A stretch of DNA of 64,000 nucleotides, taken from positions 992,001-1,056,000 of the forward strand of contig NC_043013.1 of NCBI RefSeq assembly GCF_006345805.1. Reading direction: 5' to 3'. A program made the position numbers and the translations under genes. A model generated the notes under the pieces. The model was not told where the DNA came from. It searched no databases and was given only the letters and a program-made list of their open reading frames with translations. This document shows, piece by piece, positions 49,590 through 63,243 of this stretch (positions are counted from its first letter, which is position 1; each line of letters begins with the position of its first letter). The DNA is from Octopus sinensis (lineage: Eukaryota).

Positions 49590-50075
49590 CTTCTCATAGT
49601 GGTGGAGGCCTTTCCGTTCTCCCGGATGCCACTTATTAACTACACGGGTCCACCTTTCATCTGTGAACCTCGCGACATTTCCCGCCCTTCGGTGTCTTAC
49701 GGTTACGTCGTACACTCCGCTCCGTTCTCGAATGATCTCATTTTGCATACGCTCTCACAGTATTCCTACTAAGGTATTTTCGTGGTTCTTTGTGTCGTAA
49801 CCAATCGATGTTCTTCCCTCTTCATAGAAGCCCACGTCTTACTTGCGTCTAAGAGCGCATCCTTTGTTGAGGTTAAACACCTTCCATTCTCCCCTTATTT
49901 TCTTCGCGATTTCAGCATCTATCTCTCGACGCATTTTCACTGTGTATCCCAAGTAGAAGTACTCCTCGATTTCATCGCCCTCCCCACCTCTGTCCAGCGT
50001 TTTTGCTACGTTCTGAGACCGCATGTATCTTATTTTCGTGCGACTCGCTTTGTGGTCTTCTGCTGAACTATGATG
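49590..50075 (-). mobile_element. RTE-clade LINE, RT C-terminal fragment
   Basis: KIRYMRSQN...EIEEYFYLG..., NEIIRERSGV.DV...AGNVARFTDERWT..V.KWHP motifs. Confidence 0.8.
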
Positions 50076-50079
50076 CAGG

Positions 50080-50325
50080 CTGCAAAGGAATGAAAAAGTC
50101 TAAAAGATGCAGGAGAGAGCTGGCACTCTAAGGGTTAGAGGTGATAGCACAAAAGAACAAGAACAGGCTCAGAGTGACAAAGGGTATGCAAAACATTCTA
50201 CACGAACCTTCTTAAATCATCACTGATGATCGATTCTCCACTGTCACCTATTCTGGTCAGAGAAACTGAAAATGCCTTCAAGCTGATGCAGAAAGACAAA
50301 GCTCCAGGGGAAAATGGCATATCAA
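50080..50325 (+). mobile_element. RTE-clade LINE, pre-RT linker fragment, inverted relative to 49590-50075
   Basis: SPILVRETENAFKLMQKDKAPGENGI (cf. P.IL..EV..A...M..GKAPG.DGI). Confidence 0.65.
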
Positions 50326-51875
50326 GGTGCGAAGGTGAAGAGCGGTAAAAAGTCTACCCACGAGCACATCGACTACGAAGCGGTGACAGGAGTGAAAATC
50401 AACCGGGAAAAGTCAGTGGGCTTGCGGCTCGGCACCTGGAGAAGCAAGCCCTTGCCGTCCACCAGCGCCTCCGTCGTGGGACGCTGGACCGACGGTCCGG
50501 ACCTCCAAATGGAGAACTGAAACGAGATAACGAGTAGGGTGGTCACACTCGCCCGGCAATGGGCCGAGAGGAAACTGTCCCTAAAAGGTCGGGCGGAGGT
50601 GGTGAACATCGCGTCCGTCATCAACTACCGCTTGACCATCGTGCTTTCTCCCGACCCTACCATCATCAAACTAGAACGCATTCTCTTCCGCTTCTTGTGG
50701 AAAGGATCCGTCCCGATGGTCAGGCGATCCATTTGCTGTCAACACCCGTTAAAAGAAGGGCTGGGCATGCCGTGGTTGATGATGCGCAGACACGCGCTGA
50801 GACTGCGACATCTCTGGCTCTACGTAGACGACGGTGAACAGATGTGGTCGCCGTTTGTGAGGCACGCTTTCCCGCAACTCGTCTCCATGATCGAACTGCA
50901 GTCGTGGATCAAAAAGAGGCCGAGGAAGGGCGAATGGCACCGCGAGTGTCGCGTTGCTCTCAAGCAACTATGTCGTCCCGGGTCAAGCTTGAGCGACTTC
51001 AACACAACCAAAGCATTCTATAGAGGATTAGTGGAGGGGAAGTACGACGACGAGCTCGGTGTGAACCTGGGCGTCGACGAGGAATACCTGACCCGCCTGT
51101 TCAAGACGACTTTCGGGCCAGGACCTATGAACAACTTCCAGAGATCCCTGGCCTGGCAGTGCTACCGAGAAGCGCTACCCGTTCGGAATAAGCTCTACAG
51201 ACACGGGGCCGACCTCCGGTCAGAACGACGAAACCGTTCTGCACGCACTCGTGCAGTGTCCAAACGTTTGCGACCAGTGGGCTTATGTCGAACGACTGCT
51301 GTCAAGTGTGGGACGAGTCGGTTTATCAGCCAAGTCTCTCGTCACGCCTCCTTCCTTCAAACGGGAAGGAAGAGCTATTTTCATCATGCTTGTGACTATG
51401 GTGAAAGAATGTATCTGGTGGACGCGTCTGAAAGGATTAGAGACAAACACTTTCCTCTCTGGTCAATCTTTCATCAACTTCTTCAAGTATCACTTGAAAA
51501 AGGAAAGTGAGAGTAGAGAGGCAAGTTTTGTCTAGTGAATGTTTCAAAAAAAGATGGGTGAATGTAGCAAGGATGGCACGTATGAATGACGAAGCCACCT
51601 TGAGCATAAGCCTATGAATCCGGAAAAATTTAAAACAGATTTACTTGCAAATAAATGTTAACATGTGACATTATTAACCGAGGTTACCGTGGTCTTTTCT
51701 TCCACGAATAAACCTTATCCGTTTCCCCCTTTACATCATGACATTTCTGTGATACACGATCCCTTTTGGTCGAAAACCTACTTCCGCCTTTTTTTTTTTC
51801 TCCCCCAAAAGAAAAGCTCTACTTTGTAATCTGTCCCGCCTGTGTTCAGCCCCGTGTGGCTAATAAAGAAACCTA
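50326..51875 (+). mobile_element. Tx1/L1-clade LINE, 5'-truncated (RT C-terminus, zf-RVT region, 3' UTR)
   Basis: YEAVTGVKINREKS, W..RKLSLKGRAEVVN, ILFRFLWKG, GLGMP, AWQCYREALPVRNKL and zinc-finger remnants. The 3' end is ...gccccgtgtggctaataaagaaa. Confidence 0.88.
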
Positions 51876-53299
51876 AATATACACATACGTATAGCTTGTG
51901 TGGACAGTTAGATGTGCGACTACTACTGTTAAAGCCCCACATAGATTGCTATTATTGTTGTTGTTGTTGTTATCCAGTCAGCTTCCAGTGTTAGTTGTTA
52001 GTCAACGACTTTACTTAGTAATGTTACTAGTTATGATATACAGAACACATGCAAGGGTGAAGTTAAGATAAGCACAAGCACTTGAGTTTATCTTAATTTT
52101 CCCCTACACACACACTCACATATATGTATGTATACATACACACACGTCATCATCTCATAAATACATTCCAAATTGCAGTAAGTTATCGGTGGAATGAGCT
52201 CGAGGATGTGTATGAGAGAGAGAGAGAAAGAGAGAAAATCGGGTTTATTTTTCTGTATGAGTGTCTAAAAAGTTGTGTAAATGGTACCGGTAATTTGGTT
52301 CACTGGGCGAATTTATGTGTTATTGGGCTCAATATATATATAAAAAAAGTTGTGTGTGTGTATATAATTTCTCGATGAATGAATCGATCCCAGGACTTAT
52401 TTCTAAGACTAGCACTTATTCTAACGGTCTCTTTGCCAAACTGCTAGGTTACGGCTACGTCAACACCAGTTGTCAAGCGGGGATGGAAAACAGACACACA
52501 CACACGAGCTTTCTGTCAACCAAATCCACTTGCAAGGCTTTGGTTAGCCCGAGGTTATAGAAGACACTTGCCCAAGGTGCCATGCAGTGAGACTGAACCC
52601 AGAGCCATGTAGTTGGTAAGCAAACGTCTTACCATACAACCACGATATTTCTTCTATGACTTGAGAAAAAAAAACAAGATTGTATTTTATTAATTCGTAC
52701 TTCTAACATCTTTCATAATACAAGAAGGATATTTAATTGGGGTCATTAAATACTGGAATTAAGTTGATGTAATTAAGCATTTGAAAGAGTTATTTGTTGT
52801 AGAGAATCATTCAAAAGTCTAATTGGAAAAGCAAGATGAAAAAGTAGCAAAAGGTAGCAAATTGGCCGACAGGGATGAATATGGTTTCAACAAATATGAT
52901 AGCCCTATCGATAAGGAGCTGGTGACCAGCGACCAGCAGTTCATATCTTACAACTGCAATTGTGGTCAGTTGAGAAACTTTACTGCTGAAAACCCAGAGT
53001 AATGTTACTCACTGGTGAGTATCAAAAAATTTTGTGCTGTTGATGTTGAATCTGTTTTGCATGCAAGTAGAAAGAAACGTTCAAAAACTACTTCCATAAA
53101 GATGATCTCCTGTGTGTATGACGGATATCGAACGCAGTTGATATCAGATCACTGAGACAATAAATCGTTAAATCCGATAGTTTGTTGCATCTTATAAATT
53201 AATAATTTTCTTTCCATCCTCCATCCTCACATCCAGATACGATTTTATTAAAATCTGTTTACGTCAGCAGATTGTTTCGACTTCATTCAGATTAAAACA

Positions 53300-55404
53300 A
53301 GAAAAAGACTGCAAATGGCCCAGAGCAGCAATAAAGAATTATTTCTGCCACGACATTACTTTCATCTTATGGTTCTCCTCGGATTTGTAGTTTAGCCCTT
53401 GGTTAGCTGCAGCCCAGTGTACCTACGATCAAAAGGTATTCTACCCACAACCATTTCATTTTTTCTATCTCCTCCTCCAATTAAGATTTCTGAAAACACA
53501 TTGTTTAAAGAGTTCATTCCTTTCCTTAAACCAATCAAGTATGAAGTGAGAGAAACTAGCTTGCTATTTCTAGCAGATCAAACGATCATGCAGAGGCAAT
53601 CTCATTAGCTTGTCTCAACCCAGTGAAGGTTCTTGGCATGGAATCTTAGAAACCATTCATACTTTTTACAAAGAAATGGATTTTTTTCTAGTGAGTTTAT
53701 GTTGGTGTTTGTCACCCAAAAGCAACGTTTTGGAAAGCAAAAGCCAGTTGACAATAAATGGCATTTTTTTTTTTTTGTTAAACAAGAATAGATTGAAAGC
53801 AGATAATGTAGAGAAAGAAGTCAAGCAATGGTTTTTATGTCTCACATCAGATATTTTACTCTTTTTACACATGTACATGGGGGTGGGGTGGGGTGGGGCC
53901 AAGGAGATGGGCACTACAAGAATCTCTTTTCTGGCAACAGGACCAGCTGTTTGTTGGAGGCCACAAAAAAAGGAGCAGGGGTGGGTGGGAAGGAGGCTGC
54001 AGCAAAGTTGTTTTCAAATCAAAGGAAACTGCTAGAGAAAATAAAGGGAGAAAGAGAGTTACAATAATAGCCAGAAATATCAGCTATGGCTTAGAATTTC
54101 ACAGCAAAAACTCTAAAAGTAACAATAATTGATTGATTAAGGGTGTATGTGCATGCTTCAGTTTATCAGAGGTTAACTTATTAAGAAGTAAACACACAAC
54201 ATTAACGTCTCAATCATTTTAGAAAACTGTTTTGGGGCTCAAACACTTGAGCAATATTTTCAGACTAATCAAGTTGATTTGGTTTTAGGTAAATTCATTT
54301 ATTTTCCAGTTTACAGAGATTGGTTCCTTTCTAAATAACCATGTATTTGGTGAGAACTGAAGCAACGGTTTCATTCTTTTTTTCTTTTTTTTTGTCTCAA
54401 ATCAAGCTCTATCACATTTGAGTAGAAAGTGAAATGTGAGAATAGAAAGAATTCAACAGAAGAGTTTACAAGAAAATATAATCCACAACACATCTATGTA
54501 CACACACTTCTTCAGGGTTCTGACTTCTGTTCTTGTAGTAGAATTTCCAGTTTGTAACTTAGTCAAAAATAAAATCAACTATTCTCTCATTATAGTGGAA
54601 AGCAAAACATTTATAAATAACCTTTCTTAACGAACAGATAATAGGAGGGGCAGGAAAACTTTAAAAACTAGCAATTACTAAATTTGTCTGATCAGTTGAA
54701 CAACTGAAAGGTTCACCAACCATTATTGATTAAAAGGGTTAATTCAGATAACGAATCATGCCACCTTGGATGTTTTTAAATTTAAAACTTCTCCGTCATC
54801 CACAAAACTACTACACTTAATGAAGAAACACTGATGTAGGGCGCTGATTAAAATATTATTTTAACAGCTTCACATTTAAGGCAAAGCAATTCTTTATTTT
54901 AATTAATAGCATTTATAAGGAATTAAGGATATTCAATGTTATATCCAAGATATCTGCTAAAAAGAAAGTGGGCTATTTGTCCAAGAGGAACTGGAGAAAT
55001 AGCCAAACTAAGAGGAGACTGCTAGCAGCCACAGATATTTATAAGGCAATGGACAGCCAAAAATACATCCATTAAACTACAGGAAAGAACACTGCAAGCA
55101 ATGATACTGCTCTTCCAGATTGTTAGCATTATACATAGCATTATCTAGTTAAGAGAAAAATCAAACAAGGTTTAAGTAGGGACATTCGCGTGTGTGTGTG
55201 TGTATAGGAAAAGGTTGGCAGTGATGTTGACATTTTGCCAAGAACCTTTTTCTTAGAGAATTTGAGGCAAAACTTTGAAAATCACTATCAACTTTTAACC
55301 TTGGAAAAATAAATATAATATTCATAAATGTGTTGAGTGATTTCTTTTTCAATTAATAGCTTGATTGCTTTCATATATGATTGTACAGTAAAAATAAAAT
55401 AGCA

Positions 55405-55467
<63 letters not shown>

Positions 55468-55976
55468 TGCCACCTGCTTTATAAATAAACAGCTTAAAGT
55501 TGTGTTAACTTTCTTTCATTGTTTGGCCAATTTCAGAGCAGTCCTAAAAAAAATTGCACTTTGAGAAGATTCTTTCTTTAAATCCAGATGACAAACAGAA
55601 ACTAGAATACCAGTGATTGTTTGTTTGGAAATAAAAATGAATGAAATTGCAAAGAAAGAATCAGAGGACATACATTTTGTACAATTTGACAAAAAGTAAA
55701 ATTAATTGAAGGTACGGATTTGTGAGGCTTACGCAGCAAACTCTTATAACTACTGTCTGCAGTCTTCAGTTGCTATTAATGTTGGTAAGAACCAAAAAAA
55801 AAAAAAAAATCAACAAAATGCTTACAAAGACATAATTCAAAGTTTGTGGTTTATAAAGTAAGAAGAGAGTGAGTAGAGATGGCTAAACAGAAGAGGAGCT
55901 TGAAAAATTTCAATAATGGAAAAAGGGAGTTTTTATTGAAACAGGACATATAGTGTTTCAGGGCTCTAAATATTAC

Positions 55977-56054
<78 letters not shown>

Positions 56055-57423
56055 GCACAAATACTGATGTGTGTATGTGTTTATATATATATATATGTAT
56101 GTATGCATATATACATGTGTACATATATATTGACACAGATATATACATATGCCTACACACACGATATCTATACACTCTCACCCATAAATGTGTGTGTATT
56201 TTATATATATATATATGCATGTAGAGATACACATATGCATGCTATTTTTAGTTTTGCTGTAAATTGCTTTAAATACATACATTTTATTTAGATATATATA
56301 TATATAATATATATATATATTATATATATATATTATATATATATATATATAAACATTTTTGTTTTTAATTGGAAAAAATTTACTTTTTTTCTAAAGTAAT
56401 ACTTAGTGAGAAGTTATGAAAAGTTGAGTGAGTCAATGAGAAGAGTGTGGAAGATTTTATTGTCAGCTGTGGATCGTCTGTCATCCAATAAAGCATAGAG
56501 AAAGACAATTGTAGGAAAAATACAACTTAATTTATAGTGGCTATGAAAAGTGAAAAGATTTTGATAAGCGCAAGGAAGATGAGATTTTGGGTTGCTTGGA
56601 ATATAAATGATTTATAGAAAACAGAAATATACATGGTTATAAATAGGTTAAGGGTGTCATGAGCAAGGTGTTCTGCCTTTACAAATATAAAGCAATACAT
56701 GGTTAGAGGGAAACTTGTTGTTTCAAAGGGAAACACTATTTTGATTTATCGACATATTCCAACTGTAGAAGATCACTATCTGCAGACAGGATTGAAGACA
56801 CAGCCACACAGAGAAGACTAAGTTCACAAACATAGAACAGGCCTAATTGAAGTAGAGTTGTATTATGTATACAATTGATTTTAATAGTCATAATAAAACA
56901 AAGCTTCAGACAAATTAAAAATAAAAGAATAATTGTAATGTTGGTGAGAGTAGCATAATGAATAAAACCTTTGGTAAATAGCTCAATTGATTTTGCTTCC
57001 AAACAAAGAAAAACTATAAATGAGAGGGCTTTTACTGTTTAACACTATCTTTTTGGGTTTTTTTTAGAATTGAAGTAAAATAAGTGAGATGGGAGACAAT
57101 AGATTACAAGGGGAGGGGGCATTTACAAGTGAAATGGAAGGATTCCAACACCCCATCTCCCCCTCTTTTAGAAAATATATATAAATAAAACTGAAGAGTT
57201 TAATCTGTCAAAAGTTAACAGGAAACCAGTTCATTAATTATGGTTTGATGCTAATCAAACTAAACGAGGAACAAAAGACTTTGATCTTCATGTTACTGTT
57301 TCAATAATTTTACATTATAAGAGGAGGAGAGAAAAACGGCAACATATATGCCTTTGGGTAGGGTTTAAGAAATTGTTAATACACCATGGTACAACCCAAC
57401 CATCCATTCACACACACACACAC

Positions 57424-57466
<43 letters not shown>

Positions 57467-58986
57467 CGTAGCTCCCCTATATAGACATTGTGTATGGCCC
57501 CAGAGATTAAAAATGGAGTAAATTCAAACTGACGCAAGCTTTATAAATTAGGGGACAAGTTTATAAACATGTACAAAATTCCTGATAGTAATTTATGTCT
57601 GCAACAGTTAATTGGTAATAATATAAATAAAGAAAAAAAGATAATGATAATTAAAGGGAGGAAAGGCAAAGCTTCAATAGCCACTTAGCAGTAAAAACTG
57701 AATTAAGCTATAAAACCAGACCAAATAACTTTTACAAATCCTAAACATTATTTATTCTCGTTTCATATATACAGTAATAAGCTACCATACAAAAAAAAAA
57801 AAAAATCAAACAAACAAACAAACAAAAAAAACTCAGAAATATAGACAGTTTATATGGAGGGATGAGAGGATCGCTCTTCTCCTCTGCAAATGGGTGGCGT
57901 AGCAATATCAGATTGCTCTGGTAGAAATATGAAGTTGCTTCAGCACAGCGATAGCCAGATTGCTGGCAGAAACCTTGGAATGCTCCCCCCCCCCACCCAG
58001 CTTAGTTGTATTGGTCTGTAGAGGCAGAAGCTGATTGCTTCAGCATAGCTTTAGAAGGCGCTGCCCTAGCAGAAGAAGAAGTATTACACTCGGGTCACCT
58101 AGTAGAGCAAATGTCAGGCCGTGTTGGCAGGAACATTAATAAGTGGTCCAGTAGAGAGCAAGAATAGGATTATCCAGGCAGAAACAGAACTCTGGTCTAG
58201 GAGAGCAATAGCAAGATGCTCTGGCAGAAAAAAAACAAAAAAAAAAAAAAAAAAAACATTAAATTGCTCCAACAGCTATACAGTAATGGCAATGGGGGGT
58301 GGGGGAGAGGGGAGAGAAAAAAAAAGAAAACAATGTAAATAACAGTAAGCATATGTAAAGAATAATGTAAAGGCTGGAAGTTATCTAATTTTGTGTCTGT
58401 ATGCATGTGTGTGTGTGCATCAGAGAGAAAGAGTGAGAGAGAGTGAGAGAGAGAGAGAGAGAGAGTAAGATTTTAGCGAAAGGTAGCTGCTCAATTGTTA
58501 GAGAATGTATTAAAGAGGGCAGCACTAGCAGGAGGCACAACACCTTAGCCAGAGAGCAATACTGTTGTAAAGAGTCGAAGCCCTTCCCCCCCCTCCGCTG
58601 CCTCTCATTGTAAACACTGTTGCTGCTGCTGCTGGTCGCTGCAGTTTGAGGAGAAGAAGAATTTGCTGTTCATCAACAGTTCAATAACTGCTAAGCAGGC
58701 ACGAGAGGAGAGTGGGGGAGAGGGAGAAAGGGAGAGAGGGGAGAGGGTAAGATCACAGAGCATTGTAGGCAAATAAGATTCAAGTGATGACTGACAAACA
58801 AGTGAGACAACAAGAGAGGTATTAGACAGGTGACATGATATGAGGAGGGGAGAGGGGGAAATTGTTGGTGTTTTTTGTTGTTGTTTATTGTTGTTGTTTT
58901 GTTTTTTTTTTTTTGTCTTGTATAAGCTTTGGTTGAAAACTTCCCAAATTTTATTGCAATAACCACACATAAACAACCAGTAAGCA
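53300..58986 (-). other. CLASP: Probable long 3' UTR of CLASP (distal end uncertain)
   Basis: Lies immediately downstream of the TGA at 58987. About 5.5 kb has no recognisable SINE and is U-rich on the mRNA strand. Several AATAAA hexamers (e.g. near 57751, 55933, 54894) are present, so the true end cannot be fixed. Confidence 0.45.
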
Positions 58987-59079
58987 TCACGTATCAGCAG
59001 AGGCCAGTGGAGATTTGGAACCTTTTGAGCCATCTTTCTGTGACTGAGCCCGTTTTATGTAGAGTTTTAATAATTTCAT
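58987..59079 (-). CDS. CLASP: CLASP terminal coding exon
   Basis: ttctactttcag|ATG..., encoding MKLLKLYIKRAQSQKDGSKGSKSPLASADT* (human CLASP1 MKLLNLYIKRAQ). Confidence 0.95.
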   Translation of the reverse strand: MKLLKLYIKRAQSQKDGSKGSKSPLASADT

Positions 59080-59214
59080 CTGAAAGTAGAAGCAAAAAGC
59101 AAAAATATGTCAAAAACTAAATTATTACGAATTTCGCAAAATTACAACACGGACGAAATAAGGGAGGAGAAAGTGATGAGAGAGAATTTAAGGAGAAAAA
59201 CTGCAGATATTCAC

Positions 59215-59331
59215 CTTACTGTAATTCAACTGACTTAAATAGGGTCGTAAATTGTCACCAACTGCCATATAAATGGATACCAAGCAGAACACACTAGCCT
59301 TGCGAACTGTACTTTCAGAGTCATCATAGCT
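59215..59331 (-). CDS. CLASP: CLASP coding exon
   Basis: AG/GT flanked, phase 0-0, encoding SYDDSESTVRKASVFCLVSIYMAVGDNLRPYLSQLNYSK (human GYDNSESSVRKACVFCLVAVHAVIGDELKPHLSQLTGSK). Confidence 0.95.
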
Positions 59332-59469
59332 CTAGATGCAAAGAAATAAGATATATGGATATATACATATATACGTATAGAAGATATGTATGTGTGTACA
59401 CACACACACACACACACAACTTTGTAATTACAAACGTAATTGTGTATTTCAAGAGAAAGCTGTACTTAC

Positions 59470-59538
59470 TTTTAACAAACCAGGAACTATCTCTGTAAGA
59501 GAGGTTTCTAATTCCTCTTTGGGTAAGAGTTCTATAAC
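59470..59538 (-). CDS. CLASP: CLASP coding exon (69 bp)
   Basis: ctatttcag|GTT...AAA|gtaagt, encoding VIELLPKEELETSLTEIVPGLLK (human VIERVSKETLNLLLPEIMPGLIQ). Confidence 0.93.
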
Positions 59539-60049
59539 CTGAAATAGAATTGTTTTATATATTTAAAAAAATTGCTATGAAAAAGAGGGAGAGAGAGAGA
59601 GATGGAATTTACCTGGTGTCACAAATATGAATAAATATATTTTTCAAGATAATATGCAGGTTTCAATTATGTTAGTGTGTGTGTGTGTTTGTGTGTGTAC
59701 AACAGTGGCTGTGTGGTTAAGAACTTCCTTTTCCAACCACAAGGTTTCAGATTTTAAATCCAACTGCATAGCACCTTGGGCATGTGTCCTCAACAATAGC
59801 CCTAAGGTTAACCAAGGCCTTGTGAGAGGATTTAGCAGACAGAAACTGAAAGAAGCCCATCACGTGTGTGCGTGTGGGGGGGGGTACGCTTTCTTGTCTT
59901 GTGATCATGTGATAGTTAGGACTATGGGGAAATATTATTTTGCTTGGAAACAAGTTAGGGCTGGCAACAGGAAGAGCATCCCACCATCAAAGATCTGCTT
60001 CAATACCCATGCAAGCATAAAAAAGTGATGTTGATTTTATATATATATA

Positions 60050-60235
60050 ATGTGCCGGTGGCACGTAAAAAGCACCCACTACACTCACAGAGTGGTTGGC
60101 ATTAGGAAGGGCATCCAGCTGTAGAAACACTGCCAGATCAGACTGGAGCCTGGTGCAGCCTGCTGGCTTCCCAGACCCCGGTCGAAACTGTCCAACCCAT
60201 GCTAGCATGGAAAGCGGACGTTAAACGATGATGAT
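60050..60235 (+). mobile_element. Interspersed retroposon family C (tail acccatgctagcatggaaagcggacgttaaacgatgatg)
   Basis: Homologous copies at 61790-62310 (+) and about 63670-63990 (-), with a (GAT)n 3' tail. Confidence 0.7.
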
Positions 60236-60936
60236 ATATATAAAGACAATCAGTTGCCAATATTAACAAGATGTTGTTCTACCAAATCTCTGTCTTCAGC
60301 TTCCTTCTCAATGCCAAATTCCTGAATAAGAATAGGCACCAACCCCCAATATTGTGTGTGCAGTGCAGTCATTGAGGTATAACATGTTTCATTCCAAAGA
60401 TGATTCTGCTCCTTCTGCTTGCATAGCTATTAACAATGGACATGAGTTTAGTAGGCTGTAAAAGAGAAAGCAATGTACCAACAGCATCAAACAGATTGAA
60501 ATTTGATACCAGAAAATGAAAAGTTGCACCAAATAGAGGACAACCTCAATGGCAACCACAGCAGGTCGTAAAGCCCATCAGTGAGCAGCTGAAGGAGGTA
60601 GAGTCCAAAATCAGATGCGTGCTGCAGGAGGTCATCATATACAAGTCCTGTGTGATGAAGAGAGAGGTCAGTTCATGTCCAGTAAAACCCTCTGAACCTG
60701 ATTATGTGACTCTCAACATCATGTGGACTCCTAGGTCTCTCTATTCAAACCCCTTAGATTATTGCAGCTGGGGTATCATTGGGAGGGTGACCCCCACAAT
60801 GTCAAGAAGTCATGAGTGGCATGGGTGGAAGCCACTGATCCTAGCATGCAATCTGTCACTACATCAAGGCCACTGTTAGGGCAGAAAAGAAGTTTATTAA
60901 ATGGTTGGTTCCTCTGAGGCAGACAGTTTGTGTGTG

Positions 60937-60970
<34 letters not shown>

Positions 60971-61211
60971 CTGTTTTTCTGAGAGCATGTATTTTTACTG
61001 CTTTTTTTTTTGTATTTTTTCTTCTTACATTTTGTTTTGATCTTGGTTGCCAGAATAAAACAAAGGGATACAGGGAATTAAATTGAAGAAGTTTAGGAAA
61101 ATATTGTTTGTTGTCACAAATGAGATTTTTAGTAAATTTATGTAATAATTTTGAAAAGAATTAAAAGGGGGCACAAAAAAAAAAGAACTTTAAATCTTTA
61201 TTTCAAGGTAC

Positions 61212-61349
61212 CTTATTTTGCATCTTGATTGCAGCTAAAATAACTGGGTATTGCGAACTTTGGATGAGTGGATTAAGTATCCTAATGCTCTGTTCTGGGG
61301 GGATTACATTAGCCAGAGTTCCAGCACATTCTTCAGCTGCTTTCACAAC
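61212..61349 (-). CDS. CLASP: CLASP coding exon
   Basis: ttttctag|GTT...AAG|gtacct, encoding VVKAAEECAGTLANVIPPEQSIRILNPLIQSSQYPVILAAIKMQNK (human VVRSAEEAASVLATSISPEQCIKVLCPIIQTADYPINLAAIKMQTK). Confidence 0.95.
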
Positions 61350-62880
61350 CTAGAAAATATAAAGACATTAGCAACTGTGAGCTAAAACTAATACAAAAGA
61401 AAGAGCGTAACAATTATCAAACCAAATTCTAAGAATGTATGTTATAGAAAGCAGATTTGAAATATTAACAGAATATCAAGAATTTAGTTTAACCTTTTAG
61501 CATTTGGATTATTCTGTCAAATGTAATGTTTATTTATTCAAATTATTTTGAACTAGTGGGACCCGTGAATATTTCATGGAATTAATGGTAAACCTATTGG
61601 GTTATTTCTGTAAACTTTATCCAAAAGCCCTGAAGTGTAGCCTGTGTTGTGTCTGTACGGAAAGACAGTCGATCATCTGCTACTTTACGCACAATTTTAA
61701 AGACTTAATACACAGCACTCATAAAAAATATATTCACTTATTTTTCCATTTTTCCAAAAACAAAAAGATATCCCATACATATGATACAACCTTTGCCATG
61801 TAAATAAGTGTGAATATTTTGAGAAGACCCGGCAAGGCAAGTGAGACCATAACCTGTGGCCAGTGGTGTATAACCAGCCCACTTATGAGTACCCCTCATT
61901 CATTGGACAATAAACTTTGCTTGCAAAGACCTGCTGAGGCAAGTGAAATCAAAAATGTTGACTTGGCTCATGACAGTACCGCCTGATTGGCACTTGTGCC
62001 AGTGAAACATTAAAAGCATCATCCGAGTGTGATCATTGCCAGTGCCACCGGACTGGCTCCTGTGCAGGTGGCACATTAAAAACACCTTTGAGCATGGGTG
62101 TTGCCAGTACCGCCTGACTGGCCCTCATGCTGGTGGCACGTAAAAGCACCCACTACACTCTCAGAGAGGTTGGCGTTAGGAAGGGCATCCAGCAGTAGAA
62201 ACTTTGCCAGATCAGATTGGAGCCTGGTGCAGCCTTCTGGCTCGCCAGTCCTCAGTCAAACTGTCCAACCCATACCAGCATGAAAAGCGGATGTTAAACA
62301 ATGACGATGATTTCACGGAATTGCACATGTGTTAAGTGATCCGTGATAGAAAAGACTTAGTTCACTTAAATAAAAAATACACTTTTCACAATCCAATCAC
62401 CACCACCTCCATCATCATATCTTTCTCTCTCTCTTTTTTTCTTTAACCTCACCATCAGAATATCACCCCTCTGCTAAAATTATTACGTCCCCCCCACTCT
62501 ACCTCACATCATGGACATTTCTCTCTCTTTCCCTTCCACCAATAATGTGAAAGCATTACAATTACATTTCCTCTACCTCACGTCATGGACACTTCTCTCT
62601 CCCTCTTTTTCTCTCATCACATGAAAGTGTTACCAACAGGCTAAGTAATGCAACAACAAGCAGAATTATTATAAGATTAATCATGCATCAACATGTAGTT
62701 TTCAAAGTCCAATGATGTGATTGTTAATTTTTAGAATGACATTATAGGATAAGTATGGGAGGCCCGATCTGGCTAATTTGAATATAAAAGGATATTTGGG
62801 CTGGATATGGGGGCCCAGTTTAAATGCTAATTAATAGCTATAGGCAAATAACAAAAAGTAGGGCAATAAAATAAACTCAC

Positions 62881-63009
62881 CTCTCGAATAAGATCTTTAT
62901 GTGATTCTAATACTTTTAGAATAGTTAACTCTGCATAATCTTTAAATCGAGTTGGTTGGTTGTGCAAAATGTCTCTTAATACACACAAAGTGAGGCCTCG
63001 AATTTTATA
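62881..63009 (-). CDS. CLASP: CLASP coding exon
   Basis: tttcctttcag|TAT...GAG|gtgagt, encoding YKIRGLTLCVLRDILHNQPTRFKDYAELTILKVLESHKDLIRE (human TIRALALKVLREILRHQPARFKNYAELTVMKTLEAHKDPHKE). Confidence 0.95.
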
Positions 63010-63116
63010 CTGAAAGGAAAAACAACAATAATAAGTCATCAGAGACGCAATTTGGAAGTAAAAGATTTTTGAACCGGAATAAGAAAAAAAGAAAAGTGTA
63101 ACAAAACAATACTGAC

Positions 63117-63243
63117 ATCATCATCAGCTAAAGTTTCCAGAAGAATTAACAAAACTGGTTTGAAATGCTTGTCCCATAACTCTGTTTTTCCGTCTATAGC
63201 TAGCTTCATTAGTAAATGCATTGCATTCTTTCTCTCATCGTTG
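63117..63243 (-). CDS. CLASP: CLASP coding exon (start of the C-terminal CLIP-interacting domain); upstream exons lie outside the window
   Basis: ttttctacaccag|C AAC...GAT|gtcagt, encoding NDERKNAMHLLMKLAIDGKTELWDKHFKPVLLILLETLADDD (human EERKIALYELMKL..SVWDEHFKTILLLLLETLGDKE). Confidence 0.95.

Noticed and set aside
60250-60620. Unique-looking sequence between CLASP exons as a possible additional exon
   Set aside because: The CLASP peptide is already continuous across 61212-59538, and the translations show no CLASP similarity and contain stops.
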